Notes under the pieces: model-generated
What the model was told of the DNA's origin: nothing
The model's input: only the letters and a program-made list of their open reading frames with translations
Database searches by the model: none
Made by a program: the position numbers and the translations under genes
Source of the DNA: a virus
Taxonomy: Duplodnaviria; Caudoviricetes
Length of the DNA stretch: 64,000 nt
Strand: one strand, 5' to 3'
IMG/VR virus record: IMGVR_UViG_3300013121_000027
Coordinates: 96,001 to 160,000 of that record
In this document: positions 1 through 9,560 of the stretch, piece after piece
How positions within the stretch are numbered: the stretch's first letter is position 1
How the letters are laid out: each line of letters opens with the position of its first letter

Positions 1-2
1 CG

Positions 3-578
3 AACAATCCACGCTTTTGTTCTTTAAAGTGTTCTGTTCATTGGCAAAACAAAGCGCGGGCTTGGGCAATAGGATATTGTAAAAATTGCTCTAAAGTTTT
101 TAATAAACGAAAAAAATCCGAAAAACAATTCTGTACTTCCTCATGCGCTGCTACCTATAATAATAAGAGGTTTCCTAAAAAAACTGCCGTTGACAAGTCT
201 AAAAAATGTTTAGGTTGTGGGGATTTAACAAACAATCCATATTACTGCAGCACTTTGTGTCAACAACAATCATATTATGAAAAAAGAATAGCCAATTGGC
301 TTGCCGGAAACGATCCTGGATATTCAACAATAGGAAATGTTAAGCCATATATTCGTAAATGGCTATTCGATAAGTATAATTCAAGCTGCTCTAAATGTGG
401 ATGGAGTGAAGTTAATCCTTTCAGTAACAAGATACCATTAGATGTGGAACACATTGACGGTAATTGGAAAAATAATCGTCCAGAAAACTTACTTCTCTTA
501 TGTCCAAATTGCCACTCTTTAACCTCCACCTATAGAGCACTTAACCATGGCAAGGGCAGAGAAATGAGAAGAAAATAA
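3..578 (+). CDS. HNH endonuclease with N-terminal Cys-rich zinc-finger repeats (5' partial)
   Basis: The frame is open from position 3 (NNPRFCSLKC...YCKNC...FCTSSC...CLGC...YCSTLC). The C-terminus has an HNH motif: CSKCGW...LDVEHIDGNWKNNRPENLLLLCPNCH. Confidence 0.9.
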   Translation, partial: NNPRFCSLKCSVHWQNKARAWAIGYCKNCSKVFNKRKKSEKQFCTSSCAATYNNKRFPKKTAVDKSKKCLGCGDLTNNPYYCSTLCQQQSYYEKRIANWLAGNDPGYSTIGNVKPYIRKWLFDKYNSSCSKCGWSEVNPFSNKIPLDVEHIDGNWKNNRPENLLLLCPNCHSLTSTYRALNHGKGREMRRK

Positions 579-581
579 AAT

Positions 582-788
582 ATGATTACTCAAGAACAAA
601 AAGAACTTTTAACTAAAAATTTTAGTCGGTTGTCTGGAAGACGTATTTTTTCTATTACTAATAATTATTCTGGAATATTAGAAACATTCGAGGTTCTTGA
701 TAGTGGTGATATACGTTGTACCATTAGGGATAATAACGACATTCTCTACATCACCATCTGTGGTGATGTTCTTATCGAAGACGATTAA
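582..788 (+). CDS. hypothetical protein
   Basis: 68-aa ORF directly after the HNH gene. Confidence 0.6.
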   Translation: MITQEQKELLTKNFSRLSGRRIFSITNNYSGILETFEVLDSGDIRCTIRDNNDILYITICGDVLIEDD

Positions 789-988
789 GATTAACGGATC
801 TGGTAGGCATTCCTAATTTGCCTAAATCGATACCAAGATATAGAATATCAGCTGTATGTCTATATTAAAAAGAATGCACCAACAAAACAACTATTTTATA
901 ATGATGAATAATAAGATAGATTGTGCATTGAAAGCCTTATCGTCAATCCGTGTTCCGGTCAAGAGAAGGCATATTAGGTTCATCACAG

Positions 989-1065
989 GGCTCGTTAGCT
1001 TAGTCTGGTAGAGCATCGGCTTGTCACGCCGAAGGTCATGGATTCAAATTCCATACGAGTCGCCA
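989..1065 (+). tRNA. tRNA-Asp(GTC)
   Basis: Full cloverleaf: acceptor GGCTCGT/ACGAGTC, D-arm GCTT..GAGC, anticodon stem TCGGC/GCCGA with loop TT-GTC-AC, T-arm ATGGA-TTCAAAT-TCCAT, discriminator G and an encoded CCA. Confidence 0.95.
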
Positions 1066-1286
1066 TGTATATTATATTAGTTTCATCCGAAGGTAGTGGT
1101 GCCGGAAAGGCTTACGGTCCATACGATACCAAAAAAGAAGCTAACGAATACCTCGATCAGATGTTTCCTAAAGACAATCCAGAGTTTTGGGATGATGGTG
1201 TTTGGATTTGTTGTGAATGGTATGATGTTCTTAAAATGGATTCTAAAAATCTTTTACATAAACATATAGAAGAATATTATGAATGA
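1065..1286 (+). CDS. hypothetical protein (start corrected to the ATG at 1065)
   Basis: The track start at 1038 lies inside the tRNA. The next in-frame ATG (MYIILV...) begins at the A of the tRNA CCA. Confidence 0.65.
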   Translation: MYIILVSSEGSGAGKAYGPYDTKKEANEYLDQMFPKDNPEFWDDGVWICCEWYDVLKMDSKNLLHKHIEEYYE

Positions 1287-1512
1287 CAATCCATATATAC
1301 TTAATGACAATGATTTAAGTATTGTTAAATATTTAATAGATAATTCTACGCTTGAAAATCTTGTGGGAATTCGCGAGATGCATCAAAAATCTATAGATAA
1401 TCTTTCCCAAGAACTTGAAGAATTACATAGATTAACAAATGCAAAGTATAGGGTTATTGCTATGCGTGAACGAGTTTTATTAGAACTTAATGAAAGGTTT
1501 CCGCCAGATTGA
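1279..1512 (+). CDS. hypothetical coiled-coil protein
   Basis: 77-aa ORF whose start overlaps the upstream stop. Confidence 0.6.
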   Translation: MNDNPYILNDNDLSIVKYLIDNSTLENLVGIREMHQKSIDNLSQELEELHRLTNAKYRVIAMRERVLLELNERFPPD

Positions 1513-1618
1513 TTTATGATTTTCTTGATGCAATAGCTACAGTTATAGCTGAATCTGATTCGTTAACCTTTCCAAAATATTTCTCACAGTTGGTGGGTTT
1601 TACAGAAAGAACCAGAAT

Positions 1619-1948
1619 ATGAAGATTTACACTTTAACCTTGGATAATAAAGATGTTTTTAAAATAGCAGCTGAAGATGCGGATGATGCGATTTCTGTTG
1701 CTATAGAATTTGACATAATAGACAATCCACTTGACTATGCTACGGTAGATTTAAGTGGTTGGACTGATTTTTTTAATCCAGATGTGAAAGGTTTAGTTTG
1801 TAAGCTATTAGAGACTCAGCAATTTTGTGTTACCGACGTCTTTGGGGATGATCACCTTTTTGGCGAAGCAATCCATGTAGATCTTGATCATGGCAAAATT
1901 ACAGCCAATGGATTTGAACCTCGTGTAAAAGAAAAATTTGAATTTTAA
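1619..1948 (+). CDS. hypothetical protein
   Basis: 109-aa acidic ORF within the + strand gene run. Confidence 0.7.
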   Translation: MKIYTLTLDNKDVFKIAAEDADDAISVAIEFDIIDNPLDYATVDLSGWTDFFNPDVKGLVCKLLETQQFCVTDVFGDDHLFGEAIHVDLDHGKITANGFEPRVKEKFEF

Positions 1949-2495
1949 AGAAAGAGTAAAAATGACCCCCGAAGAACTAAAGAAAATTGCAGTAGATTCC
2001 TATGTAGAGATGAAGTCTGAATCTTCTAAGCTGGAAGCCACTTCTGCTTTTGTGCCACCAATATTATTTTGGCATACAGACCAAGAAGAGAATAACACAA
2101 CCGTTATTGCTATGCCAGATTTAAATACTTTAGATCTTGGAGCTATCGTTATTGGGTTAAAAGAGAAGTTAGGCGAACCCAAATCCATTATGTTTCTAAG
2201 CGATGCTCATGCTAAAATTATTCCGCAAGAAGATACGACTGAAGAGTTTGGAAACTACGAGCGTGGGCAATATGCTAAGGACTTTGATGCTGGTAAAGCT
2301 GACATATCTGAATGTCTCGTCTTCATGTTCTTAACCTTGGATGAAATCTCTGGTGCAACTGCTCTCTATCATTATGATGAGAACACGAAACAAATTGTTT
2401 TCAAAGACGACATAAACGACTTAGAGTTCCTTCCCGGTATGGATGCCGTTGTTCCTTCAGCCCTAACAAAGGCTTTTATGCCTGGAAAGATATAA
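1938..2495 (+). CDS. hypothetical protein
   Basis: 185-aa ORF. The start may be the ATG at 1962. Confidence 0.75.
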   Translation: MNFKERVKMTPEELKKIAVDSYVEMKSESSKLEATSAFVPPILFWHTDQEENNTTVIAMPDLNTLDLGAIVIGLKEKLGEPKSIMFLSDAHAKIIPQEDTTEEFGNYERGQYAKDFDAGKADISECLVFMFLTLDEISGATALYHYDENTKQIVFKDDINDLEFLPGMDAVVPSALTKAFMPGKI

Positions 2496-2500
2496 TTACA

Positions 2501-2707
2501 GTGCGCAAGATAAAGCAAAAGATAGTTAAGATTTGGAATAAGATAAAGAGTTGGTTTACGAAACCCGCAAAACAAATCTTCGTAAATCCACAAGTAGCAC
2601 AAGAAGATCCTATTCTTGAAGATATAATAACAAGACTAAATAATCAGTTTAATGACATGCCAGCAATGTTTCAGAATCTCTTTACTGATTTTAATGGAGC
2701 AGTATAA
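2501..2707 (+). CDS. hypothetical protein with a basic amphipathic N-terminus
   Basis: 68-aa ORF that abuts the next gene. Confidence 0.6.
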   Translation: MRKIKQKIVKIWNKIKSWFTKPAKQIFVNPQVAQEDPILEDIITRLNNQFNDMPAMFQNLFTDFNGAV

Positions 2708-3247
2708 ATGACAGAAGATAAGAAAGAACATTTTCTTTTTATCGATCTTGAAACCTCAGGATTGGATCCTAAAAAGGATTCTATTTTAGAAATTGCTATA
2801 ATAATAACTGATTTTAATTTGCGAGAACTTGATCGCTTCCATTCTTATGTTTCCAATCCAGAAATCACTAACGACTTCGTAAAGAGTATGCATGAGAAAT
2901 CTGGATTAGCTCAAGCTCTTAATAAAGAAACTAATTTTCCCACATTAAAATCTCTTCAAGATCATCTTCTATTACTGTTAGATACGAACGCAACATATTA
3001 TTATGCTGGGTCTTCAGTACATTTCGATGCAGCATTTATGGCTGTGAAGTTTCCTAAATTCGCAGATAAAATAAGCCATAGACATTTAGATATAACTTCT
3101 CTTAAGTTTGCTTTAAGAATAAAGAATCCTAAATTTAAAGACAAGTCAGAAAAAGTATTCCCTGCACATAGAGCAGAAGCTGACATTCAATCTGATTTGA
3201 ATTTCGCCCGTAAATACTTTGGTAAGAAGAGACGTTGGAATAAGTAA
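2708..3247 (+). CDS. orn: oligoribonuclease-like DEDDh 3'-5' exonuclease
   Basis: Motifs FIDLETSGLDP..DSILEIAIIITD, MHEKSGL, AGSSVHFD, HRHLDITS and HRAEADI match the Orn family. Confidence 0.85.
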   Translation: MTEDKKEHFLFIDLETSGLDPKKDSILEIAIIITDFNLRELDRFHSYVSNPEITNDFVKSMHEKSGLAQALNKETNFPTLKSLQDHLLLLLDTNATYYYAGSSVHFDAAFMAVKFPKFADKISHRHLDITSLKFALRIKNPKFKDKSEKVFPAHRAEADIQSDLNFARKYFGKKRRWNK

Positions 3248-3410
3248 AAACCTTAGTGCTTTGATGGCGTAGTCGTTGCAACAGGTTTAGCTACTGTAGT
3301 TACTACAACTGGAGCTGGTGCCGGAATCACAGGTGGAATCCCAGCGGTAACAACAGGCGTTTGAGGGGAGAGTTTTTACGTCCCCAATTAGAGAGGCGTT
3401 TTTTTATTTA

Positions 3411-4319
3411 TTAGCCAATAAGCATGCAGAAATGAATCAGTCTTGAATATATATCTGCTGTTGCGTCGTCCCATACATTTGTTACTGGTACACCAAATAA
3501 TTTTTGGGCATCTCCGATAGTTCCCCATCCCCAAAAGTCTACAACCGCTTGTAGTTCTTGTGGAGTAGCTTGTAGTGTCATATATTTATTAGTGCGGGCG
3601 ATTACCCATTTCCAAGGGAATGCGGGACCAGGATCACCGTGATCGGATTGATGGTAAACATTATTCACATCAACATGTCCAGCCCAGCCTTTTTTGCCAG
3701 CCCTAATGTCAGCTGGTGTAATATGTTGCATGGGGATTCCCCATCTCTTGAAGGCGTAGACCATAAACTTAGCGACAGCTTCCATTTCCTGGACGCTTCC
3801 GCCTTGTCCCCACTCTGCTTCAGTTTGATATCTTCCTGGCATACAAATCGAAACTGCTGAATCGTTCCATGGTGGGTTAGCATTTACGGCTGTATCATCT
3901 GGATTGACCGCCATATAAAATTCTCCGTCAATACCGGCTATACAGTGATATCCAGCACCATAACACCACGGCATTGGATCACCTTTAAGTAAGCCTAAGG
4001 CGGTACTACCAGAACGGTATACAACAGTATTAGAACCTGGATATGGCTTTGCTTGCTTGGGATCTGTTGTTTGTGTGCCTAATGGGGTTTCCCATAACCA
4101 TTGCCCAGCTGAATTTCTACTTTGAAACGTCCTTCCAGACATTGGTAAAGCTGGAGTTGCAAGTTGCTTAAGATATCTATCTGGTCCATCTTCTGGAGAT
4201 ACCCATAGGTGTACTACTCCGTATTGTAGAGGAACATTAGCCCTACGCCTACCTCTTGAGCCATTTAAGGGCTTCCATCCATTCACTGCCGATGGTGCTG
4301 CATAGCCAGTATAAATCAT
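3411..4319 (-). CDS. endolysin, N-acetylmuramoyl-L-alanine amidase (Amidase_2-like)
   Basis: Zn-amidase motifs VVHLW, GYHCIA, SICMPG, WAGHVDV and DHGDPGPAFPW. Short peptidoglycan-binding-like C-terminus. Confidence 0.8.
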   Translation of the reverse strand: MIYTGYAAPSAVNGWKPLNGSRGRRRANVPLQYGVVHLWVSPEDGPDRYLKQLATPALPMSGRTFQSRNSAGQWLWETPLGTQTTDPKQAKPYPGSNTVVYRSGSTALGLLKGDPMPWCYGAGYHCIAGIDGEFYMAVNPDDTAVNANPPWNDSAVSICMPGRYQTEAEWGQGGSVQEMEAVAKFMVYAFKRWGIPMQHITPADIRAGKKGWAGHVDVNNVYHQSDHGDPGPAFPWKWVIARTNKYMTLQATPQELQAVVDFWGWGTIGDAQKLFGVPVTNVWDDATADIYSRLIHFCMLIG

Positions 4320-4340
4320 ATTAATCTCCGTCTTTCAGTA

Positions 4341-4574
4341 TCATTCTCCAGCATCTGGATCTACAGTCTTGGCAACTGTCTCAATCGCACGAAGGGTTGG
4401 TGCGATTAAGGCAACTAAAAGACCGGTAACAGCACCGCTCCATCCACGTGCACCAAACGCATCAAAGACCTGAGTGCCGCCAACCACAGTAGCAATTGCG
4501 CGAAGATACGATGCGGTAATTCTTCTTAGGTCGAGAACGAGCTTTGATTTCATATTAATAAGTACTTTTTTCAT
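4341..4574 (-). CDS. putative holin
   Basis: 77 aa with two hydrophobic segments, located between two lysins. Confidence 0.55.
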   Translation of the reverse strand: MKKVLINMKSKLVLDLRRITASYLRAIATVVGGTQVFDAFGARGWSGAVTGLLVALIAPTLRAIETVAKTVDPDAGE

Positions 4575-4581
4575 TGTATTA

Positions 4582-5133
4582 CTACTCCTTTTTTCTTGGT
4601 GGGTTAGTTTTTAAGGTTGGCGCCAACTGTCGTACAACTGGCGTAATTTCTTCTACAATTGGTACGATTTCTTTTACAATTGGCACTATGTGTTCTACCA
4701 TGAAAAGTTTTTTATCAAAGATATCTAACTTGCTGTCTATCTCATCTAATCTTTTAATGGTATCATTTTTGTCTTGAGTTTGTTTTAATATAAATGCGTC
4801 TATTTTTGTATGTAGTTTATAATCATCAACGATAAAATTATTTAATTTCTCGCTTATTTCAAATATATTCTGTTGAATTATCCCTTGAGTATGTATTAAA
4901 TCAGATGTTTGATTCATCAAGGAACCTTTGCCATTGGGTATACCTATGGCTTCATCTATCTTAGTAGCTGTTTTTTCTTCTCTTCTTTTATTACTTTTGT
5001 TAGATTTATATAAAAAAAATGGACCACCTATTGCTCCAATTGCCGCGAGAACAGCAATAATTATTGTGACCCATGGAGCATCTTCTTTATTTGAAGCCGT
5101 ATCCTGTGCTAATCCTATAATCATTGAAAACAT
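4582..5133 (-). CDS. membrane protein of the lysis module (one TM segment plus coiled coil)
   Basis: WVTIIIAVLAAIGAIGGPFFLY is a TM helix, followed by a coiled coil. Confidence 0.65.
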   Translation of the reverse strand: MFSMIIGLAQDTASNKEDAPWVTIIIAVLAAIGAIGGPFFLYKSNKSNKRREEKTATKIDEAIGIPNGKGSLMNQTSDLIHTQGIIQQNIFEISEKLNNFIVDDYKLHTKIDAFILKQTQDKNDTIKRLDEIDSKLDIFDKKLFMVEHIVPIVKEIVPIVEEITPVVRQLAPTLKTNPPRKKE

Positions 5134-5147
5134 TCCGCACTCTCACT

Positions 5148-5954
5148 TTAATGATTTAAAAATGCTTGGAAGGCTTTTTGAGTAACAGGACCATACACTC
5201 CATCAACCGTAACTTTGAGTGCTGTTTGCATTTTCATAACTGCTTGTGCGGTCTTTGCCCCAAAGTCTCCATCTACAACCAATTCATACCCAAAAGAATC
5301 TCTCCATTTCCAGAAGTTGCAGGCGGCTTGCAGTTCACGAACTTGCCCAGCATCATTTTTTCCAGCCAAAAGACCTATGCGCTGTTTCAGAACTGGAAGA
5401 GGTGCTAAAATACCAATTGGCTGAGATGCTTGCGCACCGGGAAAGGTCCAGGGCTTCAGTGGCTCATGAAGAGTACTTTTATATTGCGAACGCCCATGTG
5501 GGATTTCACTTGGCTGAGCGTGCCATGGCTCAGAGTTTACATGACTGAATTCAAACAAGCCAAACTCATTGGCGTGAGCAGCTAAAAATTTTAAATTACC
5601 AACAAAATCAATAGCTAAACATTTACCTGCTGCAGTAGTAGGCTCATGATACGAGCTACCTGGAGGGGCAGCATGTGCTACACCAGAATTTAGCGCGTAT
5701 CTTTGTCCATTGTACTTGCAACATCCACCAACTGAGACTACATGGTGTCGAGATAGAAAGAGGGATGTTTGTCCTGCCGTAGTTCTTATAGTTCCACCGA
5801 CACCCAAAGGTGTTCCGGCAGTTATCGAAGCATTTATTATAGCTTCGATTCTTCGTGCGAATTCCGGATCTAACCCTGTCCACCTTGCTGTCTTTTTTAA
5901 AGCCGCCCATGTCATGGTTGCGCCAGAATATCCTGATACAATCAAATTCGCCAT
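5148..5954 (-). CDS. endolysin, M15-family Zn peptidase with a C-terminal peptidoglycan-binding domain
   Basis: M15 motifs AAPPGSSYHE...AIDF...EPWH. PG_binding_1-like repeats VDGDFGAKTAQAVMKMQ and VDGVYGPVT. Confidence 0.85.
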   Translation of the reverse strand: MANLIVSGYSGATMTWAALKKTARWTGLDPEFARRIEAIINASITAGTPLGVGGTIRTTAGQTSLFLSRHHVVSVGGCCKYNGQRYALNSGVAHAAPPGSSYHEPTTAAGKCLAIDFVGNLKFLAAHANEFGLFEFSHVNSEPWHAQPSEIPHGRSQYKSTLHEPLKPWTFPGAQASQPIGILAPLPVLKQRIGLLAGKNDAGQVRELQAACNFWKWRDSFGYELVVDGDFGAKTAQAVMKMQTALKVTVDGVYGPVTQKAFQAFLNH

Positions 5955-6018
5955 ATATTTGACTCCTAACGTAAACCCGTTGTCCAGTTTATAGTAGTCA
6001 AAGAAATAATGTTTTCAA

Positions 6019-6047
6019 TTGTCAGACCAGGACTTTTAAGGTATACT
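6019..6047 (+). promoter_or_regulatory. sigma70-type promoter
   Basis: TTGTCA-17 bp-TATACT upstream of the kinase gene. Confidence 0.75.
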
Positions 6048-6078
6048 TAATTAAGTCGATATTTAAAAAGGATTATGA

Positions 6079-6861
6079 ATGAAGATATTCTCAAAGACTG
6101 AGCCAATTTATGTGGGATTTGTCGGGCAAGCGGGGACTGGTAAGACGTTTACGGCAAAATCCATTGTACCTTCAAGTGTGTCATTTTTTTATCACGACCC
6201 ATTACGCGATATTGTGTGGGATCATCAATGGTTATCATTACCCCTATACGAAATATACAATATAAGAACACAAACTATAGGTGGAGATGTAAAAAACCGT
6301 ATTCTCTATGCTATTCATGAAGTGGTTTCTTCTGTTCTAAAAAATAATGTTGCGTATGACGACATGATTGAGTTGGTATATGATTTATATACTTTAGAAA
6401 TAACAAATAGAGAGGGCGAAAAACCCCGCACTTTCCTTCAAAAGGCGGGGGATCTTTTTCTTAAGAATAACTTGAACTGCTTTATAAATAGTTCTAAGTA
6501 TAAAATAATAAATGCACAACATAAAATAAATGCAGATTATGATCTAAATGAGATGGAATATCCATGGTTTATTGGTATAATCTCTGATGTTAGACAAACA
6601 CACGAGGCTAAGGTAATCCATGAACAAAGAAATAATTTATTAATCAAGTTCGAAGCAAGTAAAGAAGCCCTCCAGGAAAGATTACTTAAGAGAGATGGTA
6701 TCTCGCTTTCTGAAACTGAAGCCTCACATAGAACCGAAAACGAAATTGACAAGATACCTTATGAATGGTATGATCTGGTATTGGATACGTCTCTCTTAAC
6801 TAAAGAGGAACAAGTTAGCATTGTTAAGAATTTTATTCTTAGCCATATAAAAGAGGTTTAA
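6079..6861 (+). CDS. deoxynucleoside monophosphate kinase-like P-loop protein
   Basis: GFVGQAGTGKT Walker A, KPRTFLQKAG, IISDVR..HE and SHRTE are typical of phage dNMP kinases. Confidence 0.8.
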   Translation: MKIFSKTEPIYVGFVGQAGTGKTFTAKSIVPSSVSFFYHDPLRDIVWDHQWLSLPLYEIYNIRTQTIGGDVKNRILYAIHEVVSSVLKNNVAYDDMIELVYDLYTLEITNREGEKPRTFLQKAGDLFLKNNLNCFINSSKYKIINAQHKINADYDLNEMEYPWFIGIISDVRQTHEAKVIHEQRNNLLIKFEASKEALQERLLKRDGISLSETEASHRTENEIDKIPYEWYDLVLDTSLLTKEEQVSIVKNFILSHIKEV

Positions 6862-7176
6862 ATGCCTAAAATTAATTCAAACGCATCAGACAAACAACAG
6901 GACGCAATGACTACTACAACAAACTTAATGCAAAATATTTCAATCTCTTCAGATCCAGTTGTCATAACTGCAGTACAGAGAAAGGCAAATATCGGCAACT
7001 ATGAAACCGTGGATATCTACATGGCAGTAGCAATTCCGCAAAAAGATCTGAATCTTTTAGACAAAGAAATGCTTAAAGAGCAGCTTGCTGAGGCAGCTGA
7101 TTATGGCTTCTCTGTCGTGGCAAAGACAACGGGGGAAAAGTATTTAGCAATAAAAGAAAGCATAAAGGGTAGGTAA
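6862..7176 (+). CDS. hypothetical phage protein
   Basis: 104 aa, contains RKANIGNYETVD, abuts the kinase gene. Confidence 0.7.
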   Translation: MPKINSNASDKQQDAMTTTTNLMQNISISSDPVVITAVQRKANIGNYETVDIYMAVAIPQKDLNLLDKEMLKEQLAEAADYGFSVVAKTTGEKYLAIKESIKGR

Positions 7177-7184
7177 TACAAAAT

Positions 7185-7216
7185 AAAAGGGGAGCCCCTT
7201 CGGGGGCTCTTTTTTT
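7185..7216. terminator. intrinsic terminator, probably bidirectional
   Basis: GAGCCCC-TTCG-GGGGCTC followed by T7 and preceded by an A-run, between convergent genes. Confidence 0.85.
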
Positions 7217-8033
7217 ATGCATCAAAAAGCTTTACCATAATAAATCTACCCTTAAGGTTTATACTGCTTGCGCTACCATTAAAAGCCCATACTTTAACAG
7301 GATCTCCAGCAGCTAAATCGCAAAGAGCAAAAGTCGAGCTTCCAGCACCTCCAGATCCCGCTCTCCAACCCGGAGTTGCAGCTGGAGTACCGGTATCTAT
7401 TTGTATGTAGTCTGTTGATGTATTGGCAAATCCATAAACACTCGTAGCTATTATATAAAGTCCATCTTTAGCTACTGGGATTGTTACTGTTGTATTAGGA
7501 ACAGAAACAACAAATCCATCAGTATCAGTTGGTTTTGTATCCCAAGATATATATGCGCCAGAGGTTCCGCCCAAAGCTTGGACGGCAGTCCTTGTCATAA
7601 TTAGTTTACTTGATGCGGCAACTTTTTGATATGTTATGGCATCGGCAGCTATTTTATTTGCACTAACCGCACCATCCAATATTTTATCTGAAGTAACAGC
7701 AGCGCTTTTTAGTTTATCCGAACTGACACTATTATTTCCTAATTTAAATTCATTGACAGCAAGGTTTTGTATTTTAGCGGTTGAGATAGAGTTATCCAAC
7801 ATAGTAGAAACCATTGAGGATCCAATGGACGCAAGATCATTTTCAATATCTTGAAGTCTGGCTTTTACTGTTTCAAATCCGCCCTGCGGTAAAATACCCA
7901 AAACTGCCTGTATAGCTTCAATAGCATCGTTTACGTTTGCATGCTGCTGGGCGTGTGGTACTACGCCAGAATTTGTAAGGTCACTGCTTGACGGATTGGA
8001 AAAATTGTCAAGGCTATTCGGATAATTAGACAT
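7215..8033 (-). CDS. putative virion fibre or structural protein
   Basis: N-terminal YPNSLDNF...HANVNDAIEAIQ..LG motif, repeated (A/S)V(T/S)xxK(I/L) units and a beta-rich C-terminal head. Confidence 0.7.
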   Translation of the reverse strand: MSNYPNSLDNFSNPSSSDLTNSGVVPHAQQHANVNDAIEAIQAVLGILPQGGFETVKARLQDIENDLASIGSSMVSTMLDNSISTAKIQNLAVNEFKLGNNSVSSDKLKSAAVTSDKILDGAVSANKIAADAITYQKVAASSKLIMTRTAVQALGGTSGAYISWDTKPTDTDGFVVSVPNTTVTIPVAKDGLYIIATSVYGFANTSTDYIQIDTGTPAATPGWRAGSGGAGSSTFALCDLAAGDPVKVWAFNGSASSINLKGRFIMVKLFDA

Positions 8034-8061
8034 TGTTGAACCACCTCAGATATAGGACTGT

Positions 8062-8991
8062 CTAAATAGTAAACTCTTTTTCGAGTATATGTCTTATTTC
8101 GTCTCTTATTTCTTGGATCTGAGCTCTACATGTATTAGGGTGCTCTGTTGTTTTTATAGCAATCTGCGATGCCTTTAATCCATCAACAAATCTCCACTTA
8201 ATAAGTTGTCTTTGTTGTATTGTTAATTGATCAAATGGGAATATTGTTGTTTCGCCTAATACCCAAAATTCATCAAATTCTATATGAGAAGCATGCATTA
8301 TGACATCCTCAAGAGATTCAGTTTCCGGTATAACTGTCGTGTGAGATACGTTTTCATCAACAAAAGCAGATGATACACCATCGTCTGTATATAGTGGAAA
8401 AGACTTTCTGCCCAATTGATATATTAAAAATGTATCTACGTTCTTTTTTAACACAAAATAGAAATAGCTATATATAAATCCACTAAATGGAATAGATCCC
8501 TTTCGCTTGTATTTACTTACGCATGTTAAAAATGTCATCTGAACGGTCTGTTTAACGTCAGCCTCTTCGGCATATCTATTAACCATATATTGAATACCAC
8601 GCATTGTTTCATTAACTGATTTATACGTTTTATGATTTATTTGATTTCGCCTTAGTCTTCTTCTGACTTCAGGATCTGGAATAAAAAGAGAAATAAAAAG
8701 TCGGACATCATAGTCATGCAAGTCATACTTTGACTTATATAAAAGAGCAGTATATTTTAAGATAAAATTATTGAAAACCTTTAATAACTCAGCCTGATCG
8801 CGAATACTTCCAGCTTGAGCTTTTTCAATTATATTCTGCAGGTCTTCTTCTGGTATATTATAATAATTTGCCGAGACAGCTTTCCTTGCTTTCTCTTTCT
8901 TTTTAGCCTCATCAACAATAATATTATCATCATCAGGCGCAGTAGGTTCGGTCTTTTTCTTAGCTCTTGGCATTAGTGCCGCCCTTCCCAA
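8062..8991 (-). CDS. phage RNA polymerase sigma factor (sigma70 family)
   Basis: Region 2-like IEKAQAG...ELLKVF...DVKQTVQMTFL...FSGFIY and a region 4 HTH LTIQQRQLIKWRFVDGLKASQIA. The start is probably the ATG at 8973. Confidence 0.8.
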   Translation of the reverse strand: MGRAALMPRAKKKTEPTAPDDDNIIVDEAKKKEKARKAVSANYYNIPEEDLQNIIEKAQAGSIRDQAELLKVFNNFILKYTALLYKSKYDLHDYDVRLFISLFIPDPEVRRRLRRNQINHKTYKSVNETMRGIQYMVNRYAEEADVKQTVQMTFLTCVSKYKRKGSIPFSGFIYSYFYFVLKKNVDTFLIYQLGRKSFPLYTDDGVSSAFVDENVSHTTVIPETESLEDVIMHASHIEFDEFWVLGETTIFPFDQLTIQQRQLIKWRFVDGLKASQIAIKTTEHPNTCRAQIQEIRDEIRHILEKEFTI

Positions 8992-9560
8992 TGCGCAATT
9001 TTATTAGCGTATAGTTTAACTAAATGCTCATAGAATAAAATATTCTGTACGCCTAACTTCTTAAAGAAGAATTTATTATTCTTATTACTCTTAGATATAA
9101 TGACAGAAAGTTTTTTAAACTCTTCTGGATAGTGTTTCTTGAATTTGCGAAGTTTATTTCTACCCCGTGCATCTAACATACCTTTTACTTCTATATATTC
9201 TTCAGTCTTATTTAGATATATATCAGGAAGATAGGCACTTGTTCTACCGCGTACGTCTGGTGGAAATGAGAATACGGTTGGTTCAAATTCAAAATCTATC
9301 TTAAATAATTGTAGAACCCTTAAGACGTCTGATTCCCAAGAACTTCTACATACTATTCCGCCAAGGTCACTTCTTGCGCCAGTCTTGGTATGCTGGTACG
9401 CATTGCCTTTAGTTTTTTTCTTTTTGTTGGCGATAAGGACAGGGGCATCAGCCGTTGCTTGCTCGGGAGTTAACTTCTTTTGGGCTCGCGGATTTTTTAT
9501 CCTGCTCCTTGATTTAAAGAAAGTATCCTCAAAGGACAAATCATTATCATCTTCCCTCAT
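8973..9560 (-). CDS. PD-(D/E)XK endonuclease (phage endonuclease I/DUF790-like)
   Basis: RSSWE...FEFEP...YLPDIYL...YIEVKG. Confidence 0.8.
   Translation of the reverse strand: MREDDNDLSFEDTFFKSRSRIKNPRAQKKLTPEQATADAPVLIANKKKKTKGNAYQHTKTGARSDLGGIVCRSSWESDVLRVLQLFKIDFEFEPTVFSFPPDVRGRTSAYLPDIYLNKTEEYIEVKGMLDARGRNKLRKFKKHYPEEFKKLSVIISKSNKNNKFFFKKLGVQNILFYEHLVKLYANKIAHWEGRH

Noticed and set aside
1038-1064. Track start of the 82-aa ORF at 1038
   Set aside because: It lies within the T-arm of tRNA-Asp.
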